A DNA stretch of 64,000 nucleotides from Candidatus Poribacteria bacterium (GTDB lineage: Bacteria > Poribacteria > WGA-4E > WGA-3G), in the NCBI GenBank assembly GCA_965198235.1, contig OZ240248.1, forward strand, positions 2,688,001 to 2,752,000, written 5' to 3'. Within the stretch, counting starts at the first letter, position 1; each line of letters begins with the position of its first letter. The position numbers were made by a program, and so were the translations under genes. Below, piece by piece: positions 21,363-30,692 of the stretch. Under the pieces are notes generated by a model. That model searched no databases and had not been told where the DNA came from. It saw nothing but the letters and a program-made list of their open reading frames with translations.

Positions 21363-21391
21363 ATTATACCCTTTTTTCATAAAAAATGCAA
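21363..21391 (-). promoter_or_regulatory. Putative sigma70 promoter for larA
   Basis: TTGCAT-17-TATAAT on the minus strand. Confidence 0.65.
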
Positions 21392-21643
21392 ATTAATTCT
21401 GTTTTTGTCATAATTTTCTCATATCTTGCCGGTTTTTTTGTCATATTTTGCTGACTTTATGCAAATTCTGCACGATAGGAGCGATCTGACGCGGGCTCTT
21501 TGTCCAAAATTGGAAGTGGATATGTAAATATTTTGTCAAAGGTCGCGATTCGGAGATCATCCCTAAATCACCTCAACTAACGCAACCGCCAGCAATTTCT
21601 CTTACTGACTGCTGACTGCTGATGGCTGATTGCTATAAAGCAC

Positions 21644-21672
21644 TTGACTTTTTTGACGCGATATGTTAAAAT
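21644..21672 (+). promoter_or_regulatory. Putative sigma70 promoter
   Basis: TTGACT-17-TAAAAT with TGn extension. Confidence 0.65.
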
Positions 21673-21757
21673 CTTTTAATAAAACTTTGTCTATCTAACC
21701 AGTGGAATTCTTAAACGGATTGCGGGCAAAATTTACAAACAGAACGGAGAGACTGAC

Positions 21758-22138
21758 ATGCATCGCATTGAAGTTACCACCAAACCGAACGGTGCGGGAC
21801 GTAATTGGCTGGAAGTTGGATATTTTGAAACAGATGCGCTCGATCGCAGACAGTGGATTAAAAAGAACGTGCCGCATCAGGAATCAAAGTTAACCGTTGA
21901 TAGGCAATACTCCGCCCGCGGTGAAACGATTGACTGGATAGTTATTATTCCTGAAAACTATCCGTTCACGCTTGTCAAAGTTAACTATGACCGGCTCAAT
22001 CCCAAGGAGCTTGAAGTGCTCTGGGATCCAGATGGCGCATCGCAACCCGACACTGCCCGTGAAGACAAAATTAAGCGCATCTTTGAACTCGCCGATGGCA
22101 ATGATGAACTCACCCAGTTGCTAAAAGAGATTCTCTAA
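21758..22138 (+). CDS. Hypothetical protein
   Basis: 126 aa; GGAG RBS and upstream promoter; no recognised motif. Confidence 0.7.
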   Translation: MHRIEVTTKPNGAGRNWLEVGYFETDALDRRQWIKKNVPHQESKLTVDRQYSARGETIDWIVIIPENYPFTLVKVNYDRLNPKELEVLWDPDGASQPDTAREDKIKRIFELADGNDELTQLLKEIL

Positions 22139-22297
22139 TCTTTTTTAACGTGAGTTTGACTTTACGTAAATCAGACTTCTCCGTATCAACGAAATAGACC
22201 TTTCTCTTTTACCGCGCAACCCAACCTACATCAACTCTCAACCGAAGTGTTGAGGCGTAAGCACAGGTAACTGGCGGCTTCCTTAAAAATGACTCGC

Positions 22298-23698
22298 CTA
22301 CCATCCATATCGTTCCGGTCCCCAAGGTTTCGATACCAATTCCTGTTTTGCCATTATCATCGTTTTGCTCGGCACATCGTCGTATAGAATGACTCCCGGT
22401 CCTACCACACTATAAGATCCGATACGTCTACCCGGCATGATAATCGCATTGACACCGGTACGACAGTAGTCCCCCATATATGTCGCATTTGCTCCGTAAG
22501 GCGGAACTTCGTAACGCCCCTCCACCCGCATGGGTGTATCCCCATCATCAAATCGGAGGGTTCCGCACACCGTCGCGGCACCGATATCGGTGGCGCATCC
22601 GAAAACGCCGGACATCTCACAATAGTGATAGAGATAGACTTTATCAAACAGGACCCCCGCCATCTCAGCACCGTGACCGATGATACACCGATTTCCGATG
22701 GCAGTACTGCCGACATCGCAGTAATCGCTAATCCTGCACTGATCTCCGACAAAGATATTTCCGTGCAAAATCGCACCGTTCGTTATATTGTTGTTCGCAC
22801 CTGCGATGAGCGTCCCATTGATAACGACACGCGGTCCGATTACAGAGTTTTTCCCGAGAACGACGTGTCCGTTAATTTCAGCGGCATCTGAGATTTTGGC
22901 ACCCGCCGCAATTTGGTCTTCCGTGACCTGTGTGGCGAGGTAATCGATCCATCGGCTGTTCGCTTCCAGTACATGCCACGGCTTATCGACATCGACAAGA
23001 AACCCCTCTGTTTGAACCGCCAACACCTCTCTATCGTCATCCACCATGAGTTGCATGGATTGCGCGATTTCAGATTCAGGTGGCGGCATCCCACCGACAG
23101 GCACCCTTGTAACAATTCCAGGGTTCCTTAAGAGGTAAGCAACTGCTGTCCGAGCGAAGGCATAGACACCGCAGAGCCGATAGGAACCCCCGCGTGGATG
23201 TCCCTCAATACCCGTAAGTTTTCTGACGCTTTTGCCCTCTACTTCTTTTGTGTCAATACTGCTACATAGCCAGTCGCTTGCGTCTTCGTTACCGAGCGGT
23301 TGCACGAGTGCTGCCGCTTCCACGTTGTGGATACAAAATTCCTTGATTAAATTACGAAAATTGTCAGGAATGGTTACAATATCCCCATAAACGACGAGGA
23401 ACGGTTCATCTTCGACATGCGCTAATGTGCTCAACACAGCACTTGCGGTGCCGTCAATAGGGTGTTGTGTAACGAAAACGACGTTTGGTATATCGGCAAG
23501 GACACCACGTACCTGTTGCGCGTAGTGTCCCACGACAACGACGATCCGTTCACATCCGACCTCAATCAGATTCTCTACGACCCGTCGAACGATTGGGGTG
23601 TTGGCGACGGGAATAGTGCATTTCTGTCGAAATTCCCCGTAGGGCCACACCTTGCGTCCTGATCCTGCGGCGAGTACAATCGCCGTTTTTATCTCCAT
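22298..23698 (-). CDS. Sugar-phosphate nucleotidyltransferase with left-handed beta-helix (GlmU-like)
   Basis: VLAAGSG, YGD, DVDKPW, hexapeptide repeats. Confidence 0.85.
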   Translation of the reverse strand: MEIKTAIVLAAGSGRKVWPYGEFRQKCTIPVANTPIVRRVVENLIEVGCERIVVVVGHYAQQVRGVLADIPNVVFVTQHPIDGTASAVLSTLAHVEDEPFLVVYGDIVTIPDNFRNLIKEFCIHNVEAAALVQPLGNEDASDWLCSSIDTKEVEGKSVRKLTGIEGHPRGGSYRLCGVYAFARTAVAYLLRNPGIVTRVPVGGMPPPESEIAQSMQLMVDDDREVLAVQTEGFLVDVDKPWHVLEANSRWIDYLATQVTEDQIAAGAKISDAAEINGHVVLGKNSVIGPRVVINGTLIAGANNNITNGAILHGNIFVGDQCRISDYCDVGSTAIGNRCIIGHGAEMAGVLFDKVYLYHYCEMSGVFGCATDIGAATVCGTLRFDDGDTPMRVEGRYEVPPYGANATYMGDYCRTGVNAIIMPGRRIGSYSVVGPGVILYDDVPSKTMIMAKQELVSKPWGPERYGW

Positions 23699-23699
23699 C

Positions 23700-24452
<753 letters not shown>

Positions 24453-24513
24453 TCAAGCCCATACCTCTACCGCTAATAAGCGCACATTTTGTCATGGCTA
24501 AATTCCTTTCTGT

Positions 24514-25266
24514 TTACCAACCATTCGACTTCAGGTCTCCCCATGTAGTAGCGAGTTTACCTTCAGGTTGGACCGCAAGTCCATGTGGATCAAAATTGTC
24601 AGCGAAGATCTCCGCTTCATGTTCAGGCGTGGCAACGACCACATTATCAACACCATAAATACCGAATTTCCAGCAGTCAAAACTGATGTTTCCTGACTTG
24701 TAAGTATCGTCCTTAATTTCCCACTCGGCGATCTGTTCTTTTTTCTCTGTGACATCCCATATATGAATGGTCACCCGTTTCTCCTGCGTCATTAACGCCG
24801 CTTTCAGTATAAAACGGTCAGACGCCGCATTGTAATTAGACGACGCTGGACCGCCCTTCGCTGGGAAAGGTTGCCACGCATTAACAGGTCCAGCTTTATT
24901 TGTTGTCACTTTGACGCTGTTGCGGCCCCACCAACGCATCCAATAAGAACCATCTGGTGTCTGCCGCAACGCACCACCACCGTCTCCCTGTCCGCTCCAT
25001 TCTATGATGAACCATTCGTAATAGATGATGACATCGTTGAAGTGTTTAACAGACCGGAGACTCACGTAGTCCCCACCGGATTTCCCCTGGTTCAAATAGA
25101 GGATACCGTCTTTGGGATAAACAAATTTGGGATGACCTGTCTGCCATTTAGTTGTTAAGTCCAAGTCGCCTTCAAAATCTTCCTGTAACAAGATTTCCGC
25201 TGAGGCATTAAACGCCACAAGCGCGAGTATTGTTAGAATCAAGATACATCTAATAGCGAGTATCAT
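24514..25266 (-). CDS. Secreted beta-sandwich-like protein with Poribacteria-type C-terminal tail
   Basis: Signal peptide, EDFE start, C-terminal AVQPEGKLATTWGDLK. Confidence 0.75.
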   Translation of the reverse strand: MILAIRCILILTILALVAFNASAEILLQEDFEGDLDLTTKWQTGHPKFVYPKDGILYLNQGKSGGDYVSLRSVKHFNDVIIYYEWFIIEWSGQGDGGGALRQTPDGSYWMRWWGRNSVKVTTNKAGPVNAWQPFPAKGGPASSNYNAASDRFILKAALMTQEKRVTIHIWDVTEKKEQIAEWEIKDDTYKSGNISFDCWKFGIYGVDNVVVATPEHEAEIFADNFDPHGLAVQPEGKLATTWGDLKSNGW

Positions 25267-25677
25267 TTTTCAAACTCCTTTGTTAGGTTCCATTAAGTTG
25301 GAAAGTAACCTACGGAAACCGAGGTAAATTGCGGTTTAACAGCATAATTTGTCTCGATCACGATATTACAGAGACAAGGGAAATTCACCTATTCAAGTGA
25401 CATCGAATCAATCAGGGCAGTATATCAGAGAGAAATAAATATCTCAAGGAAAAACTGCTCAATAGATAGGGGCATTTATGGTAGATTTTAGAATTACTTT
25501 TCATTGGGGTTGGTGAGGTTACGGGCACCCACAAGGGATGCCCCTACAAGATGTAAACTTATTTCCATAATTCACCATAAATAGCCGTATTCGGATGATG
25601 TTTTGACTTGATTTTTTCTTGAAATCTGTTATTATTTTAACCCATTCAGAAATAGTATTACAAAGAGAAGGAAGCGC

Positions 25678-27423
25678 ATGGCGAATTATCAAGAGCTGGC
25701 AAATCTGGTTTGGAATGTGGCGGATGATGTGCTCCGAGGACTGTTCAAACCGCACGAATACGGCGACATCACCCTCCCGTTTCTGGTGCTGCGCCGATTG
25801 GATTGCATCTTAGACGAGGACGGACGCAAAGAGAAAGCCATCAATACCTACAATCAATACAACGGTCAAGTATCTGAAGACCTGATACCGCCGATTATCC
25901 TGAAAGAGACAAACACCAGTTTCTACAACACCTCCCAATACGACCTCTCTCGACTGAAAGCAGACCCGAACAACATCCGCCTTAACTTTGAGAACTACCT
26001 CAACGGATTCAGTCAGGACGTGCGCGACATCATCGAAAACTTCAATCTCGGTGGGTTTATTGAGCGACTGGACAAAAATAACCGACTCTTCATCTTCTGC
26101 GACAAATTCACCGAAATCGACCTGCACCCCGATCAGGTAGACAACCACACGATGGGACAGGTCTTTGAGGAACTGCTCCGCCGATTCTCGGAGATGTCCA
26201 ACGAAACCAGTGGGGAACACTACACGCCGCGGGATGTCGTGCGGTTATTGGTCTCCTTGTTGTTTGCGGAACACCGTGAAGATTTACGCGGGCAGGGGGT
26301 TATCCGCAGTATCTTCGATCCGTGTTGCGGAACGGGCGGTATGTTGACGATTGGGAAGGAATACTTCCGTGAACAGATTAATCCGGAGGCTGACATCCGG
26401 CTGTTAGGTCAGGAACTGAACGCCCAGACCTACGCGATTTGCAAGTCGGATATGCTCATCACCGGAGAGGACCCCGACAATATTCGACATGGCTCCAGTC
26501 TCTCCGAGGACCAGTTTCAAGGGCAACGTTTCGATTATATGATCACAAATCCGCCCTTTGGTGTCAGTTGGAAATCCGATGAAGGGACGGTGAAAGCGGA
26601 TGCCCAGACCGCCAACGGCAGGTTCGCAGCGGGTACGCCTCGCTCCTCCGATGGTGCGTTGCTGTTCCTACAACACATGCTCTCCAAGATGGAGGACAAT
26701 GGGAGTCGCGTTGGTATCGTCTTTAACGGGTCGCCGCTCTTTACGGGGGATGCCGGTAGCGGTGAGAGTGAAATCCGACGTTGGATTATCGAAAACGACT
26801 GGCTGGAGTGTATTATCGCGCTGCCTGAAAAGTTGTTCTTCAACACCAGTATCGCCACCTATATCTGGATCTTAACGAATCGAAAATCGGCGGCACGACA
26901 GGGTAAGATCCAACTCATCAACGCCGTTGACTTCCGCGGCGAGATGAAAAAGAATCTCGGGGACAAGAACGTTTTCATTTCCGATAGCCATGTCCGTCAT
27001 ATAGTGGAACTCTACACCGACTTTGAAGAGACTGAACACTCTAAAATCTATCCAAACGAGTTTTTCGGCTACACGAAAGTGACGGTTGAGAGACCGCTCA
27101 TCGAAAGACAGGAGATTCTCGGAGAGGAAAAGGAATTCGTTGTCACGGACAAGAAAGGCAATCCGAAACCGGATACCAAGCTGCGAGACTATGAGCGCGT
27201 TCCGCTCATGGAGGACATTGACGATTACTACCAACGAGAAGTGAAACCGCACCTGCCGGATAGTTGGATAGACAGGAAAAAGGATAAGGTGGGCTATGAG
27301 ATTAACTTCAATCGGTATTTTTACCAATACACGCCGTTGCGCTCACTGAAGGAGATTGCTGATGAATTGTTGGCACTGGAGCGGAAAAGTGAAGGCTCGC
27401 TGAATGAAGTGTTGGGGGTATGA
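25678..27423 (+). CDS. hsdM: Type I R-M methyltransferase subunit
   Basis: GEHYTPRDVV, DPCCGTGGML, GQE, TNPPFG, YEINFNRYFY. Confidence 0.95.
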   Translation: MANYQELANLVWNVADDVLRGLFKPHEYGDITLPFLVLRRLDCILDEDGRKEKAINTYNQYNGQVSEDLIPPIILKETNTSFYNTSQYDLSRLKADPNNIRLNFENYLNGFSQDVRDIIENFNLGGFIERLDKNNRLFIFCDKFTEIDLHPDQVDNHTMGQVFEELLRRFSEMSNETSGEHYTPRDVVRLLVSLLFAEHREDLRGQGVIRSIFDPCCGTGGMLTIGKEYFREQINPEADIRLLGQELNAQTYAICKSDMLITGEDPDNIRHGSSLSEDQFQGQRFDYMITNPPFGVSWKSDEGTVKADAQTANGRFAAGTPRSSDGALLFLQHMLSKMEDNGSRVGIVFNGSPLFTGDAGSGESEIRRWIIENDWLECIIALPEKLFFNTSIATYIWILTNRKSAARQGKIQLINAVDFRGEMKKNLGDKNVFISDSHVRHIVELYTDFEETEHSKIYPNEFFGYTKVTVERPLIERQEILGEEKEFVVTDKKGNPKPDTKLRDYERVPLMEDIDDYYQREVKPHLPDSWIDRKKDKVGYEINFNRYFYQYTPLRSLKEIADELLALERKSEGSLNEVLGV

Positions 27424-27444
27424 GGTTCAGACGGACCCCATTAA

Positions 27445-28141
27445 TCTGAATCGCGGATTTTCGCGGATTAGACGGATTGCGCGGATTATTGAATCTGTTC
27501 TATTACGCCCTAAGGCGTTAGAATCTGCTTGTTTAACGCTTGATAGGTGATAATATAAGGCGCGATTGATACAGACAGGGACATCGAGAAAGGAAATTAC
27601 AAATGAACACTAACCTGAAACATAAAGATATAACTCAAAAGATCATTGGAGCGGCGTTTGAAGTACATACGTTTTTGGGAAATGGCTTTCAAGAGGTGAT
27701 TTATCAGCGTGCGTTGGCGGTTGAGATGCGAAAAGCGGGGTTAGAGTTTGTCAGAGAAATTGAGCAAGATATTTACTACAAAGATTTTCCAAAGCCCATC
27801 GGAACACGTAGAGCAGATTTTGTGGTAGCGCAGAAAGTGTTGGTAGAACTGAAAGCAATTAGCGCGTTGGAAAATGTCCATGAAGTACAGACATTAAATT
27901 ATTTGAGAGCATATCGATTAGAGGTAGCCTTATTAATCAATTTCGGTGAGAAAAGTTTAAAATATAAGAGACTGATTCTATCCCAACGCAATGCCGCTAT
28001 TCGTAATTGAAAGTATGTTCGTGAAAGTGAACCTTGAATGGACGGTAACAAAATCCGTGATTCAGACATGAAAGTGAATTTAAGATGGACGATAACAAAA
28101 TCCGCGAAATCCGTCTAATCCGCGAAAATCCGCGATTCAGA
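27445..28141. mobile_element. GxxExxY cassette bounded by 43-bp inverted repeats
   Basis: 27445-27487 and 28099-28141 are reverse complements with 1 mismatch. Confidence 0.65.
27603..28010 (+). CDS. GxxExxY protein (PD-(D/E)xK-like)
   Basis: LGNGFQEVIYQ, RADFVV, VELKA, Q.LNYL, LLINFG. Confidence 0.92.
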   Translation: MNTNLKHKDITQKIIGAAFEVHTFLGNGFQEVIYQRALAVEMRKAGLEFVREIEQDIYYKDFPKPIGTRRADFVVAQKVLVELKAISALENVHEVQTLNYLRAYRLEVALLINFGEKSLKYKRLILSQRNAAIRN

Positions 28142-29377
28142 CGTTATCCTGAATATAAAGAGAGCGGCGCGAAGTGGATTGGAGATATGCCGGTGCATTG
28201 GAACCTGTCTATGTTGAAGTATATGGCTCGTTTAGTCTACGGTGATACTTTAACTTCCGAAAATAGGGAGAACGGTGTCGTGCCTGTGTATGGATCTAAT
28301 GGCATTATCGACACTCATTCTTTATCAAACACCTTATCACCCGCAATTATTGTTGGACGTAAAGGTTCTCTGGGTAAAATACAATATTCTGATGTTCCCT
28401 GTTTTGTTATTGATACCGCATACTTTATTGACAGACGTACTGCTAATGTAGACCTCCGTTGGCTACACTATGTCTTTCAAGCTCTTAAACTGGAAAGATT
28501 TCGGAATAGTGTACTTCCAGGTTTGAATCGTGAATCTGCAGAAAGCCAATATATTCCTTTAATCAGGAAGGAAGAGCAAACGCAAATCGCCAACTTCCTT
28601 GACCGCAAAACCGAACAGATTGACGAGCTCATCCGCATCAAAGAACGACGGATAGAACTGCTGCAGGAACAACGCACTGCACTGATAAATCAGGCAGTAA
28701 CGACGGGACTTGATCCGAATGTAGAGATGAAATCGTCGGGGGTGGAGTGGATTGGGGAGATACCAGCGCATTGGGAATCAAAAAGGTTAGGGCATGTTTC
28801 AACTATTTTCAAGGGTGGAACTCCAAAACGAAATGTTGATAGATACTTTCAAGGTGACTTGCCTTGGGCAAGACCTGTTGACATCACAGCACTACGGGGT
28901 GCTTTATACATTCACGATACTGAAATCCATATATCAGAAGAAGCTCTGGGCAACAGTGGGGCAAGACGACTGCCCGCCGGGACGGTCTTGCTTACAAGTC
29001 GTGCAACAATAGGTGAAACCGCAATTGCGACAGTACCAATGGCAACAAATCAAGGTTTTGCAAATTTTGTGTGCAATAAGCAGTTGCTTAATATTTATCT
29101 TGCTTACTATCTCCGAGCAATAAAGGAGTTGCTGATTTCTCTTGGAAGTGGTAGCACATTTTTGGAGGTAACAAAAGGAACTCTGGTAGGTGTAGGGATA
29201 CCACTCCCATCACTTTCTGAACAGAAACAAATCGTCAACTTCCTTGACAGCAAGACGGAACAGATTGATGACCTAATAGCAACAGAACAACGGAAAATCG
29301 AACTCCTCAGAGAATACCGTCAATCCCTCATCTCCGAAGCAGTGACCGGCAAGATAGATGTCCGACACGAGGTGTAG
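28085..29377 (+). CDS. hsdS: Type I R-M specificity subunit
   Basis: YKESG..WIG..P..W, EQ.QI..FLD, two TRDs, SLISEAVTGKID. Confidence 0.93.
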   Translation: MDDNKIREIRLIRENPRFRRYPEYKESGAKWIGDMPVHWNLSMLKYMARLVYGDTLTSENRENGVVPVYGSNGIIDTHSLSNTLSPAIIVGRKGSLGKIQYSDVPCFVIDTAYFIDRRTANVDLRWLHYVFQALKLERFRNSVLPGLNRESAESQYIPLIRKEEQTQIANFLDRKTEQIDELIRIKERRIELLQEQRTALINQAVTTGLDPNVEMKSSGVEWIGEIPAHWESKRLGHVSTIFKGGTPKRNVDRYFQGDLPWARPVDITALRGALYIHDTEIHISEEALGNSGARRLPAGTVLLTSRATIGETAIATVPMATNQGFANFVCNKQLLNIYLAYYLRAIKELLISLGSGSTFLEVTKGTLVGVGIPLPSLSEQKQIVNFLDSKTEQIDDLIATEQRKIELLREYRQSLISEAVTGKIDVRHEV

Positions 29378-29380
29378 ACC

Positions 29381-29461
29381 ATGCCGACCTATACAGAAGA
29401 AAATTTTGAAGAGCACATCGAACAAGAATACATGACCCCGGGAGCACGGAGGCGAACATGA
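29381..29461 (+). pseudogene. Relic hsdR 5' end (26-aa mini-ORF)
   Basis: MPTYTEENFEEHIEQ versus the HsdR start MQTYTEQNFEDHIEH; its stop overlaps the ATG of the next ORF. Confidence 0.7.
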
Positions 29462-30679
29462 GAAGTTTTGGAACATACGGACGTGTATATCCTGACCAGC
29501 ATTATGTTGTGCCTCGCACTGCGGAGATTGCCGATTTCATCAATCGCCTCAAAGCCGGTAGGTATGTTGTACTCTTTGCACCCCGCCAGACCGGTAAAAC
29601 GACTTTCTTTCGATTCGCGATGGATGCGCTCACAAAGCAAGACCCAACCTATTTCCCCATCCAATTAGATTTCCAAACGATGCGCACTGCTGCGCCTGCT
29701 GTTTTTTATCAGCAGCTTTATTATATGCTTCGGAGACAAATTCAGAGTGTTTTCCAAAAACGCGGCGGCACGCCTTCTGAAGCACTCCTGCAATTTCTGG
29801 AGAACACAACACTGACGGATCATTTTTCTATGGAAGCGTTCTTTGAGGAGCTTGGAAGTTTGTTGGACAGCGATTCTCATCAGGAGGTTCCTGCTTTCAA
29901 GAAGGTTGTCCTCTTGATTGACGAATTTGATGGTATTCCGCAAGCTGTCCTCAGCGATTTTCTATATACCCTTCGCCAGATTTATCTCTCTGATGAGATG
30001 CGATGTCCGCACAGTGTCGGGATCGTGGGGGTCAGGAGCATTGCACAACTCGACTATGATAGGTCGGTTTCGCCGTTCAATATCCAAGATGAATTTCATT
30101 CTCTGCGAAATCCTGAATCCCATCTATCTCTATTGTATCATACAAACTTTCAAACCGCTGATAAACGGATTAGAACACCAATATCTCTCTGAGGACACCG
30201 ATAGCGGTTTCCGCGATTATCTCACACCCTCTGGACACATTGATATCATTCCATTACTTGATAACTTCCGGGATTTCATCGGGCGTGCGGGTTTCCAGAT
30301 TTTGCAGGTGCCAGATACACCGCAGGAGTCGGTCGGAAGGTATCTCTTGTTTGCTTATCTGGACCAATTCGTCAGGATTGTGGGGGGTGTGATGCACATC
30401 GAAGTGCAGACTGGACGCGGGCGATTGGATATGCTTATCACGCACAACCAGCGAAAATATATTGTTGAGACGAAGGGATGGAGAGGACAGAATTACTATG
30501 CGTCAGGGAAAAGACAACTCGCCGCGTATCTTAAATTAGAAGGCGTAGCGGAGGGATATTATATTGTGTTCGATCATCGAAGGACACCAGAGCCACGTGT
30601 AGAGACTGAAACGGTTGAGGGGGTGACGGTCCGGAGTTACGTGATTCCTGTGATACAGGAGCAACCCTCATCTATCTAA
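29458..30679 (+). pseudogene. AAA-like ATPase with C-terminal PD-(D/E)xK nuclease, split by deletion/frameshift near 30100
   Basis: APRQTGKTT, LLIDEFD, SPFNI in one frame; GRGRLD...IVETK...QLAAYL...FDHR in another. Confidence 0.75.
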
Positions 30680-30692
30680 CGAGGTTCGGAGC

